Source: Ylistrum balloti
Taxonomy: Eukaryota
Assembly: GCF_031769215.1 (NCBI RefSeq)
Contig: NW_026782099.1
Coordinates: 2,046,001 to 2,110,000 of the forward strand
Direction: 5' to 3'
DNA length: 64,000 nt
In this document: positions 24,488 to 36,037 of the stretch, piece by piece
Numbering within the stretch: position 1 is the stretch's first letter
Layout: each line of letters opens with the position of its first letter
Notes under the pieces: model-generated
Told to the model about the DNA's origin: nothing
Database searches by the model: none
Seen by the model: the letters and a program-made list of their open reading frames with translations, nothing else
Position numbers and translations under genes: made by a program

Positions 24488-24610
24488 GGCTGAAGCAGCA
24501 CTTTTTGAGGAAATTGCTTCTCCCCCTCCTTCCATTGCAAGTCAACTCCGCGGTGCCATGGGGAATTTCGACAGAGACGTAATCATCCATAACCATTGTC
24601 ACAGATTTAC
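24488..24610 (+). pseudogene. Possible C-terminal remnant of a Kolobok-type transposase, convergent with the KolX-like gene
   Basis: Frame reads AEAALFEEIASPPPSIASQLRGAMGNFDRDVIIHNHCHRF, resembling the proline-rich ...HxSRF termini of these transposases. No catalytic region seen. Confidence 0.3.
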
Positions 24611-24616
24611 CAGCTG

Positions 24617-26152
24617 TCAGAAACGAGGGTACTTGAAACCAGTGTATTGTTGTGATGGAAATTGTTTCCGTATAGCACAGCACATGATGGTATGACCCGT
24701 CGATTTTTTTCCCCAAGAACTTTCCATGTCCACCTGATGAAGCGACGATATGCTACAAGCCGATACTTCCTGAAGTGAAAAAAAAAAATATGAAATTTCT
24801 TAAGTTTGAAGACACTGGTACATGTATGCATATATACAAGTATTTGCAGTGTAATTTAAGTGCTACAAAATGGACTGTGGTCAAAAGTTATTGCTAATCC
24901 ATTACTTAGTAGTGAAATATAGGAATTAATTATCTAGTTATGTATGCAATGTAGGGGTTTAATTAGTAATAGAGGGTATCAATGTTGCATTTAATCTGTT
25001 AGACAAAGATATTCATTTAAATTGCCTTTTACATTATATACCTTTGAATGTCTTCTTGTCCTCCTGGGCCGTGTGTTTCAGCATATTCATAGTAGGATGT
25101 TTCCAGGACATGCATGTATAGACAATTCCAATAAAACCTACATGTTGGGTGATACAGCCTATGTCGGTCAACTTTTCTTCTAATATGCTCATGTACTGAC
25201 AGCATTTTCTTTCCTCCTCAGTGGACATATGGGAACACATGTTACAGGAACACCTGGAACAAAATGTATAGATTAATATTGTAATAACACTGTTCTCTCA
25301 GACTTGCAGACATACGACGGAAGAAAATATCTTGAAAATGTTATTAAAGAACAAATTGTACAGAGAATAAGATAAGTTATTATGCATCCATCCATTAACG
25401 TTAGTTAGATTAATTAAATGAACGGAAATTTCAGGTCTGGTGGAACATATTTATCATAATGTTATCCTCTTTGCATTTTGCATTTGAGGTACTATAATGT
25501 TCCGATTAATAAATATAATCGTAAAGTAATGAGCTTGTGTCATGTTGTTTCTGCTGGAAAATACATCGTTCACGTACTAAAATACAGGAAAGAGGTAAAA
25601 TGTACAAACAGAAGAGTCAAAGTGAATGAAAATGTACACAACAGGAGAACGTAAACTGTTTGAAAAATGATATCAATACAAACTAATGAAGAAAAACGAA
25701 TAATTTCATAAACATATTGATTTCATGACAATGTTAATGATCAGTAGACCAGTTGGTATATGAACAATAAACGGAAGAATGCCTTGCTTATCGGCGTATA
25801 AAGTGGTAAACAAATACGTATTTTATCCGCTTCTATTTTGACGATAGAAAAATAAAATAAATTGGAATACAGAAAAAAACACAGTTTACAGATGACATAC
25901 AATTATCGAAATCTGAACAACAATAAAGCCGTGTAGTTGCAATGTAAACTAACCATTCTCCGACAGGTTGATCGGAAGCCATGCTATCTTCGTCATCCTC
26001 GTCGCGTCTTGTATGCAGTTCCTCGGAACTATCTGACGAATCTGAGTCGATATGATCGTCATTGTTCAATTGTCTCAGGTTCATACATATATGGATGGAT
26101 ATCTAGCGTGAATGACACCTCTGGGATATCGTCAATGTCGCTACAATCGGAG
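24617..26152 (-). pseudogene. Three-exon P2X7 cytoplasmic-ballast (Zn-cysteine domain)-like / KolX-type gene, frameshifted
   Basis: Exons ~26152-25954, 25253-25042 and 24769-24617, with GT-AG sites and matching phase-2 junctions. Reconstructed: IHPYMYEPE...GEW|CSCNMCSHMSTEEERKCC...CITQHVGFIG(N)CLYMHVLETSYYEY...DIQR|KYRLVAYRRFIRWTWKVLGEKNRRVIPSCAV-AIRKQFPSQQYTGF. At least 4 indels and no clear start codon. Confidence 0.8.
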
Positions 26153-27859
26153 TGTCACTTATGATGTCACAGCGGTTTCGAATGCGATTTCGACCGAACA
26201 TTTATTACTTCACTATTTTAAGATAAACGACACGTATATAATCTTTGCAAGCTATGAATATATCAAGTTTAATAACCAGGGATAGTCCTAAATAAGGAAA
26301 TTTACAAAAACAACATTTAAGTAGCATAACATGAATTACTATTGATTCATTACTGATTGTGATAATTAATACGCAATTACGAAAGACCATCTTCTTCAAC
26401 TATGTATTGTTATATCATTATATTCCATTCGTTTACATGTAGTCTTTATGAGAATAGAACGACCGTGATTGCCATTGCTGTTCTTTCGGCGCTTCGGAGT
26501 CGGCGTGATTTTGGTCGTAGTTTTTGTATATATAACAGGTCCTAAATCGATGTTGCGGTAATGTGTGTGTTGGGGTGGGGGTGGGGTGTGAATGTCTGAT
26601 TTTTTTTTTCATCAAAACGTACGGTGTAGTTTACGGTAAGTTTGTGCAAGTCTTTTTACATATTTATACATCCCACATCCTTCTCTATTTGTCCTAAATA
26701 ATAACTTAGCATTTTGCAATAGCTGCTGCTGATAAGCTAGACAATCATTCGTTGTATTTGTTCATGTTTTGAAAATGCATAAACATTCCTAAGTTTGAAA
26801 AAAATATTGGAAAATTGTAGAACGTATACTCAAAGAATAAACTCACATGTGGCATTACTATAACATACATATGTTGAGTGGCGCTGTGATCGTCTGCTCG
26901 AATAATAACTGCTATATCTGACAGTTTCCTCGTCTGCGTGGTGTATGTGTACTGCACATGTATACTGATCATGTTCAGTTGTTTGGGAAGGCCCAACCAC
27001 TTGTAGCTAATCGCTAAGAGCGAGTAATTCCGGAGTCGCTCGACACAAACTAAAATATAGAAAGTCCTGAATCACTATCCTAATCGGTATGGTGTTCTGG
27101 CGTGGTCCTGATTCTAAATCATCATATCATCGTATAGGTGCAAGGTTTTAGTGATTGTATAGTTTTGTCGGTGCGAGTAGAACAACAAGGAAAACCTGAA
27201 AATCATACAGTGTAGATGTGTAAATAGATGTTTGTCAGTGTAAGGGGGATGGAGAGGCATGGAAGGAGGACCATAACAGTATATTACTTTAAGTCGCCAC
27301 TTAAAATATTCATACGATTGTAACGGTTGTAAGGGTTTTAGTGACGTAACAGTTTTCACGACAAGGTGGATATGACACTTTCACTTATTACACGTGTAAG
27401 AGAGCGGAAGTAGTATTTTAATATGTCGGGATAAGTACTCACAAACACGTGCACGGTTTATCCAATTTCCTTCCCTGTTTAGAGCCTACGATAATAGTGT
27501 ATTGCGCCCGTGGAGTTAATTTATCAATACGGAAGTTGCACATAAGCGGGAATTTCTGTTGATTAATTTAATGTAAGATTCATCTTTACCTGCCACGTTG
27601 TGTACATTGTGTGGTATGTTTTATTTTTACTTCAGAGACAGCTGGACAGAAACATCGTAGATTTTACTTTTGTTGGTAAGTTCATTTACTTCACATGGCT
27701 TTGGTTTTATGCATCATAGAATTAAATTTATGTTATCTAACTTTATAATTTGCAGTGCCTTGGCTAAATTGTGATGTGATACCTGCCAATAAGGTGTTAA
27801 GAGGATGCGTGGTGTTGTTGTGAAGGTTGTCAACTGTAGACCGTGATCTGTCTGTCGTT

Positions 27860-28200
27860 AACATAGATGTACCTGTTGTAGACCTGGCTCTCTGCATGTT
27901 GTAAACCTGGCTTTGCCTGTTGTAGACCTGTTTCTCTGCCTGTTATAGGCCTGGCCTCATGTGTTTTAGACATGGCTCTGTGTGTTGTGAACCTGATTCT
28001 GTGTGTTGTGGGCCTAGCTCTGCCTGTTGTAGACCTGGCTGTGTGTTGCAGACAAGGCTCATTGTGTTGTAGACATAGCTCTGTCTGTTGTATGCCTGGC
28101 TCTGCGCGTTGTAGACGTGGCTTTGTGGTTAATTTTGTTCTGTGCGTTGTAGACCACACTCTGTGCGTTGTGGACTTCGCTGTGTGTTGTAGACTCTTCC
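27860..28200. repeat. Degenerate ~22-bp minisatellite
   Basis: GTTGTAGACCTGGCTCTGTGT-like units next to the 3' end of the RTE element. Confidence 0.75.
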
Positions 28201-28278
28201 GGAACACCTTGTAATTATCCGAGTACTTTTTCGGGAGTCTCCGTTTAAATCATCTTGCTTTTTTTCATATTTGCCAAA

Positions 28279-31200
28279 CCTGTTACCTATCCACTTCGTG
28301 CCTCGTGGCACATAAGGCCTTCACAGAACGCTTCCATCTCTGCCGGTCTGTTGCTATTGTCCGCACCTCGTTCCAAGACTTCCAGCCTGCTTCTTCTCTC
28401 TCTCTTTCAACTGATCTTCTCCACGTCATCTTCGGTCTTCCTCTTCTCCGCTTCCCTTCTGGGGGCCCAGGTTAAGGCAACGTTGCAGTCGTTGTTTCTG
28501 TCCTGTCTCAATATGTGTCCAATCATTTCCCATTTGCGGCATTTTATCTCCTGGCTAATTGGTCTCATGCTCGCTCTTTCCAATATTTCGTCCGTCTTTA
28601 TATGTTCTTGCCATTGTATGTTGAGAATTCTCCTGAGGCACTTGTTGTGGAAAACATCTACCATCCGATCATCACCCTTATTCATTTCACATCCATAGAG
28701 TAGGACAGGTATTACTAATGCCTTGTACAGTTTCAATTTTGTTTTCCTCGGGATGCTGCTTGAGTTCCATATATGCTTGAGCCGGATAAATGCTCCCCTG
28801 GCTTTTGAAAGTCTGCTTTTAATGCCTTTCATTCCACCACCTTCTTTGCACACTGTTGCTCCTAGGTATGTAAACTGCTCTGCATCCTCGATGTCCAGAC
28901 CTCTTAGTTTGATGGTATTCTCGTTCCATGCATTGATCCTCATTACTTTAGTTTTATCTTTGTTGGTCTTAAGTCCGACTCTGCTTGTTTCTTCATCTTG
29001 TGGTTTTGTCTTGTATCTGTTGTCTAGTTGAGGAGAATAATGAGATATCATCTGCGAAATCTAAATCCTCCATTTTTGTTGTCAAGCTCCATCTAATGCC
29101 GTTCTCACCGTTTCCAACTGCTTTCCTCATCACCCAGTCCATAATTACCAGGAAGATAAATCCGGACATATTGCACCCTTGTTTTACTCCTGTCTTGATG
29201 TTAAACCATTCTCCTTTCTCTCCTTGGTCTTCTACTGCACACTGGAAATCTTCATAAAATAACTGTACTATTCTTACGATCTTGTCTGGTACCCCATATT
29301 TCCTCATGATGGTCCACTGGCTTTCACGGTGGATGGAGTCGAAAGCTTTTTCAAAATCTATAAAGTTCAAATACAATGTAGCCTGCCACTCGTTCACTTG
29401 CTCTATGGTGTTCCTAAGTATAAAGACCTGCTCCGTCGTGCGCCTTCCCTTTCTATATCCTGCCTGATTTTTCCTTAGCTTGCTATCGATTCCTTCTCTT
29501 ATGCGATCGATGATGATCGTTCCGAGCAATTTTCCTACTACTGACAGCAAAGTGATTCCACTTGAGTTCTTGCATTCATTTAGGTTTCCATTTTTTGGTA
29601 ACTTGATGATGAGCCCTTTCTTCCAGCTATCTAGAATTTGTTCTTCTCTCTATATTGCTTGCATGAGCTCATGGATTTTTGTACTTGAAAAGTTTGTATC
29701 TGCCTTTATCAACTCTGCCGTGATTGAATCTATTCCTGGTGACTTTCCATTCCTCAACTTCTTGATAGCCCTCTGCACTTCTTCTATTGATGGCATGTCG
29801 ACTGAAATTTCTTCAAATATATCATCTAATTTTACTTCATCATCTTCTGTAATGGAATCCTGTGGTTCCAGGATTTCCTGGAAGTGTTCTGTCCATCTTG
29901 ATAAAAACCTCTGCTTTGCCACTAATGAGGTTGCCGTTCTTGTCCAATACCGCTGTACTACTCCTAGGTCTTTCATTGCAGAGTGTCTTTGTAAGACTAT
30001 ACGAAGTTTTCATGTGCTGACTCCTTGCTGCCTCTTCAGCGTCACTCGCGATGTTGTCTATCCATTTCTTCTTGTGTGCTTTCAGACTTCTTTTGACTTC
30101 TCTGTCTTTAACCTTGTACTCCTCTTTTAACTGTCCTTTAACCCTCTCTGAGTTTGTACACACATTTTTCTTGTTTATTTCTCCTCTTTCCTCTACTAGC
30201 TTCCATGAGGCTTCACTGATCCATGGTTTCTTCTTCTTCCTAGGTCTACCCAATATCTCTTTTGCTGTCTCTGTGTATGTCTTCTGGATTACTCTGAACT
30301 TTCTCTCTACCTCGTCCTCTTCTCTATCAAACTCCTCGTTATCCAATACCTGAAACCTATTTCTTACTGCAATGTTAAACCTTCTCACTGTATCCGCATC
30401 CTTCAACTTCTCTATGTCGTACTTTACCCTCTCACACCTTTTCTCTTTACACTGCTTCCTTAGCCTCAATTTGACTGTTGTGCACACAAGCAGATGATCG
30501 CTTCCAATGTCTGCCGACCTGAATACTCTGGTATCCTTAACTGAATTCCTAAAACGCCTGTTGACTAATACATGATCTATCTGATTCCTGATGGTTCCAT
30601 TTGGTGTTTCTTTGTGGATGTTTTTATGTGGGAATAACGTTCCTGTAACAACTAATTCGTTGAGGTCGCACATTTCACACAGCCTTTCACCATTGTCATT
30701 CCTCACCCCGAGCCCATGTCTCCCCATTATTCTTTCGTAGTGCCCGTTGTCGCTTCCCACTTTGGCATTCATATCACTAGTGATGATCAACATGTCATGC
30801 CGGTTTCTTCTTTCCAGTACCTCCTGTAATCTTGCATAAAGCTCATATTTCACTTGATCTTCTGTAGGTGCGTATATATGCACAACCGTCAGCTTGATGT
30901 GCTTTGAGAAAAACCTTGCTATGATGATCCTTTCGTTTACTGGTGTCCAATCTATCAGCGCACTTGATGCTTTCTTTGACAAAAGTATGGCAACACCTTC
31001 TCTATGGATGTTATCGTCCCTTCCGGGGTAGATGATTGTCTCTCTTTCTGCTATCTTGATTTTCCCTCGTCCGGTCCAATGAGTTTCACTAATACCCATG
31101 ATATCTTTATCTCTTCTTGTCATTTCTCTTGCAACCTGTGCTACATTGCCACTTTGGTAAAGTGTACGTACGTTCCAGTTGCCGATCTTCGTTGTAGATT

Positions 31201-31316
31201 TGGGGTGTACTAATGACCTGGTCTGCTCGAGGGTTTCCTCTTGGCTTTCGCCCTCTTGCGTCATGGAGTCTCCTCTGATCGGAGGCAAGGCCGTAGCATT
31301 CCCTGGATTTCATGGA
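28279..31316 (-). mobile_element. RTE-clade LINE, near full length, disrupted by frameshifts and stops
   Basis: APE endonuclease (IGNWNVRTL, GISETHW, SDMNAK, QIDHVL, GSDH), RT (FIDFEKAFDS, GVKQGC, DFADDI), C-terminus ALCATRHEVDR* ending at 28283, ATG at 31264. Candidate 7-bp TSD TGCCAAA at 28272-28278 and 31317-31323. Confidence 0.93.
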
Positions 31317-32299
31317 TGCCAAAGGTTTTACTGAATTGGAGGTTAGAGTATGATGCTGGTAACTTGTTGATTTTTTTGCAACAACGCCAAGAGATCTGGT
31401 TCTGGTTTATTATAGATACTTGTAGACTTGATTCGTTGTAACATAGATAAACTATATAAGCTATTTAATCTTTATGAAAGATGTGTGCTGTATGTTGTCT
31501 AGTCCTGATTGATAACTGCACTGTGAAGTGTTTATATAAACACTGTTTATAGGGGGAATAATGCAGTCTCACGGAAGTACATGTATGGTGGGCGACATTT
31601 CTTGTGACATCTGGTCATTGTGCATCAGGTGAGCTTTAGCACATATAAACTCAACCTGAAGAGTGGGTTTCATGGCTAGAACATTGTTATATCTCCAATT
31701 ATTTGCCAACGACATAAATTTGTATTTCCTATTCATTACAAAATATTTACCAATAAAGAGATGACCAACTGGACTTTGATATCTGACTCGTCATTTTGAC
31801 CTATGGTAATATAATATGAGAACTCAAATATCACATCTTTCATTCATCATATCCTTATCCATTGTCAACCGCATAAGATGTAAATAAATTGATGGTCTTG
31901 ACCTCTGATGTAGGAACACGCACAAGGACGTGAATATCCGTTTATTGTTCTTTTTACCGTAGGGTGGAGGTAACGGTGATAATTTCCAATGCATCATTGC
32001 AATTATTTCTCATTACGATTGTCTTTGTAAAATGTATAAAGAAGAATACAAATCGGTCAAAAGAAAAAGAAAAGTCGTTATTTGCCTGATTGCGTTGCCA
32101 TATTTGTCTCGTTATTCTATTTCTATTATGTAGGAGATAAGGGGTAGTAGAAGGACAAGACAGAGATTTTTTAGACTTTGAGAAGATTCCCGAAAGTCTC
32201 TAACTCTCGGCAAAGCATCAGGTTAGACAGTAATGAAATTCATCGGGTATAGTTTCTCCGTCCTTTCCTCAAGCTAGGGGAAGATCTATTAATCTTTCT

Positions 32300-32540
32300 C
32301 AATTTAAAATTATACCTCGAACATGTTCCGATATTCATCAAGGTTACTGACAATTTAAAGGTTATAGCCCGAATAAGAACTTATCGAAAATACTATATTT
32401 GCCTATGACCTTGAGGTGAAGGACAGTGACCAAATTTTAGTGTACTACGTCATTGCATGTAGGAGATGCTATTATGTTTCGATGTTCATCAAGGTGATTG
32501 ACAATTCAAAGGATAAAATCCGAACAAGAATACTGCACTT
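32300..32540. repeat. Dispersed non-autonomous repeat with ~150-bp internal subrepeat
   Basis: ATGTT(C/T)CGAT(A/G)TTCATCAAGGT...GACAATT...AAAGG...CCGAA.AAGAA occurs at ~32322 and ~32475, with a TGACCTTGA motif between. Confidence 0.45.
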
Positions 32541-33235
32541 ATTTCACTTTATCGGCTAGAATTTGCCAACAACGGCCTTATTGGGCCTCTTGCTATTCTC
32601 GGCCTCCATACATTTGATTTGTTTTTCTGTTTGTTTCTATCGACATATGTTGATTATAGAACACGTGACACAATTATCTATGATTCAATGATAACACTTC
32701 ATAACTACTTATGTGTACAAAATTAGTGTCGCAGTATATGATCCTCGTGGTTATAATGTTAGTCCAATAAATATAACGAGCACATGGATATTAGTAATAG
32801 AGTACTGCATGCCTGTACCGGAAGTAATGATGGTGAAATGATACAGGACTGGTGTAGATAAACCCTAAACAAAAATTGTAACAGTAACCCGCACTATCGT
32901 CTAAACTAATCTGAAGATAAAGTGCCTTGCCCCTTCAACGCAGACAGATGCTACAGAAAGCCGCATGTCATTGGTTACTTCTCAGGTTTGTTTGTTTGGG
33001 GTTTTTTTTATCAAATCGCATATTATTTAACATGGATGGAAGGATTATAGCAAGAATGACCTTAATTTACACAAGTTGGAAAACTTGTGTCCGAATCCAA
33101 TTCTAATTATTGTTCTTGTAACGCTATATGTAAATACGATAATGAAATATGATTATATTAAGAAGGACATTGGTTACAGATGGAGCAGATAAACACATGA
33201 CTCGTTGAAGTGTCACTTTGCTGACTGCTGAGAAG

Positions 33236-33430
33236 ATGACGGCGGGCACACATGTTGTCCCCGTGAGCACACGCTGCAGTGTCTCCAACAAAACATTGGT
33301 GTTTGTGATCAGACTATGCACATTACTGGTTTTCCATTTACTGCTGTCTGTCATGGTGACCAGTGCACCATCTGGATCAACGGTCGATTATCGGTTCAGC
33401 TATAACACAAGCGATTTTTATGTGGATCGG
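33236..33430 (+). CDS. Exon 1 of an unassigned type I membrane protein (signal peptide)
   Basis: ATG at 33236; hydrophobic LVFVIRLCTLLVFHLLLSVMVTS-AP; phase-0 donor CGG|GTAAGA. Confidence 0.75.
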
Positions 33431-33931
33431 GTAAGACATAGATATCCTTAGATTGATTTTTGTAGGATATATATACAATGGAAAGTTTTGCCATCTAAAT
33501 TTCATATGTCATGCATTTTTCACAACATAAAGGCAGTTTTTTGAGGGGGGATGGCCTTAAACGCCTAAATGTGTTGTCAGCCCTGCCTCTCGTTAACAAT
33601 TCTTGATATCGCTATCTCTTGATAAATGCTGGATGGATGTTTGGTCCCAATTGTTTCCTTGTACCAGTTTGATTTTTTTATTTTAGAACTGATTAGGAAC
33701 AGAACGGTCTAAGTCGACCATCTTAGATTTGACAGTATAAGATTTTAATCGCTATTTCTAAGGAGGAATTTTCAAATTTCATATAATTCAGAGCAAAAAC
33801 AATGTTGGGCGCAAGGATCCCTTCGGGATATCTTGTTTGTTGCACTTATATAAATACATAAGTAAGGGAATGATTCCATGTACAAGCTAAAAACTTTGTC
33901 CATGTTTCATCTACTAAATCGCACATTTTAG

Positions 33932-34527
33932 GTATGTAGACGTGTGCCCGTGCTTTTGGACCCAAGTGTGGACCCGCCATGCAGAATCGTTGATGTAGAT
34001 TGTATAGTGGAGGATCCATGCGTTCGGCCCGACCCTGTGGACAGACTGTTAGGCATCGCACCCTGTCCGCCAGTATGGAACCCTGCACTTGTGTGCTCGC
34101 CAGATGTCGGGACAAAGTTGCAGTGCACGGAAAAGTTCATGATCCTTTTGAAGTGCTTTCGTTCACCCAATAAAACAGTTTATGATTTGTCGAGTCGGAA
34201 AGAAAGTTGTAAACTACAAAATGCATGTGGTGTTTGGTTAAAGACATGCCCTGATGAATATTCCCGGCTAAGTGATGTTTTTGTCAGCTGTTCTGAAACA
34301 GAGATTGGAACCACAAATACTCACTATGACGACACAACCATTATTACTCTATCTAGAAGCATGCCTCAAGTGACCGATAGCATCGTGGACAACACAACTA
34401 ATGACACCTACCACGTGGTCCGCAAGACCCCCTTATTGGTCGATCATGAAATTGATTCATCAGTCATCTGGAACTACTTCATGATACCTGCTGGGATACT
34501 GGCACCTATGTTATCGATGTTTATAAT
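33932..34527 (+). CDS. Exon 2: 12-Cys ectodomain, S/T-rich stalk and start of the TM helix
   Basis: Acceptor TTTTAG| in phase 0; open for 596 nt (VCRRVPV...WNYFMIPAGILAPMLSMFI); phase-2 donor AT|GTAAGT. Confidence 0.85.
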
Positions 34528-35389
34528 GTAAGTCAATCAACCATGCATGACCGGAGAGTGTTTATGCTATTGACTGGTTTGTGTTAGTACTGCTGGTTCG
34601 ATGGGAAGTCAGTCAGCCGTGACTGGTGTGTTAATGATGTTGGCTTGATGGTAAATCAGTCAACCGTGATTGGTGTGTGTTAATGATAATTGTTTGATGG
34701 TAAATCAGTCAGCCGTGACTGGTGTGTGTTAATGATGATGGTTTGAAGGTAAGTCAGTTGACTTTTTCACTTACAGGTGAGCATATACCGATATTTATGA
34801 CGGTATTTTTTTACCATTTTTGTCTCAAAGACACTTAAGTTTATATGAATATGCTGTCCGGTCCCTTTAGGGATGATGTTCGGGGAAATACAGATGTAAA
34901 GTCTTTTATTTGCTTGGGTTTGGATATTTTGACGAAATATAATTGTAAGCTTTAAAATTCCTCATCTTTTTAGGGGGAAATTTGCCAATATAAGTTTGAG
35001 TAGAAATGTTTTGATATTGAAATATCTAGAGCGATTCAGGGACATTTGGCCTATTGTTTTCATTTTTATTCCTGATACTTAATACTGTTTTACCCAAAAT
35101 GACACAAAAATATCTATTTTAACTCAACCGTTTTTAAGACCTGTAACAAAACAAATCATCTTGCATACCCCGCTTTGCCCTTCAAATTTTCTGAGAGCTT
35201 TGACAAAAGCTGTATTTGGAACAGTATACCAAAAATGCGCAGTTGACCTGAAAGTATCCCTGAATGATCCATGTATGGTCCAGTCCTCCTTTGGTCTTAT
35301 TTATCTTAGGGGGAGTAAGTAACGACACTTACCTATAATATACATTGGTTTAGTTATGATTAATTCGTTAGAATTCACTTAGTACTTTT

Positions 35390-35708
35390 AGCTCATTTTA
35401 GTCTCCTTGAGAAATGAGATATGTGTTGTTCTCATTTCAGTCTCCATGAGAAATAAGATGTGTGGTTCTCATTTCAGTCTCCATGAAAAATGAGCTATAT
35501 GTGGTTCTCATTTCAGTCTCCATGAGAAAAGAGATGTGCGGTTCTCATTTCAGTCGCCATGAGAAATGAGATATGTGTGGTTCTCATTTCAGTCGCCATG
35601 AGAAATGAGATGTGTGTGGTTCTCATTTCAGTCGCCATGAGAAATGAGATATGTGTGGTTCTCATTTCAGTCGCCATGAGAAATGAGATATGTGTAGTTC
35701 TCATTCAA
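35390..35708. repeat. 39-bp intronic minisatellite with an internal inverted repeat
   Basis: Unit CTCATTTC-AGTCGCCATGA-GAAATGAG-ATATGTGTGGTT, ~8 copies. Confidence 0.9.
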
Positions 35709-35838
35709 CCTTTGGATCAATAAGTGAAGCTTATTGTGGTTGCTAAGACAGCTGTGAGCATAGTAATATGTTTACTGTTAAAACGAGAAGTCGACACCGT
35801 GTAATGTAACTAATATTTTATTTATTTTTTATTTGCAG

Positions 35839-35872
35839 CGTGCTCATTTGTAGAAAAATACAGAAAAGAAAG
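35839..35872 (+). CDS. Exon 3 (34-bp microexon): end of the TM helix and basic stop-transfer
   Basis: TTTATTTGCAG|CGTGCTC...AGAAAG|GTAAGC; completes ...MFI-I-VLIC-RKIQKRK; phases 2 and 0 match both neighbours. Confidence 0.85.
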
Positions 35873-36037
35873 GTAAGCGTACACAATATATCACTACCTA
35901 GCACAATAACTCACCAATAAGCATAGTTGGACGTCATTGCGAAACACCATTCTACCCCTTATACAAATTTATACTTTGATAACAATTTCATTTCCTCATT
36001 CCTCTACCATATAGTACTATTTTATCTGTTCAACGCT

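Noticed and set aside
28255-31441. Plus-strand ORFs over the LINE
   Set aside because: Antisense to the RTE ORF.
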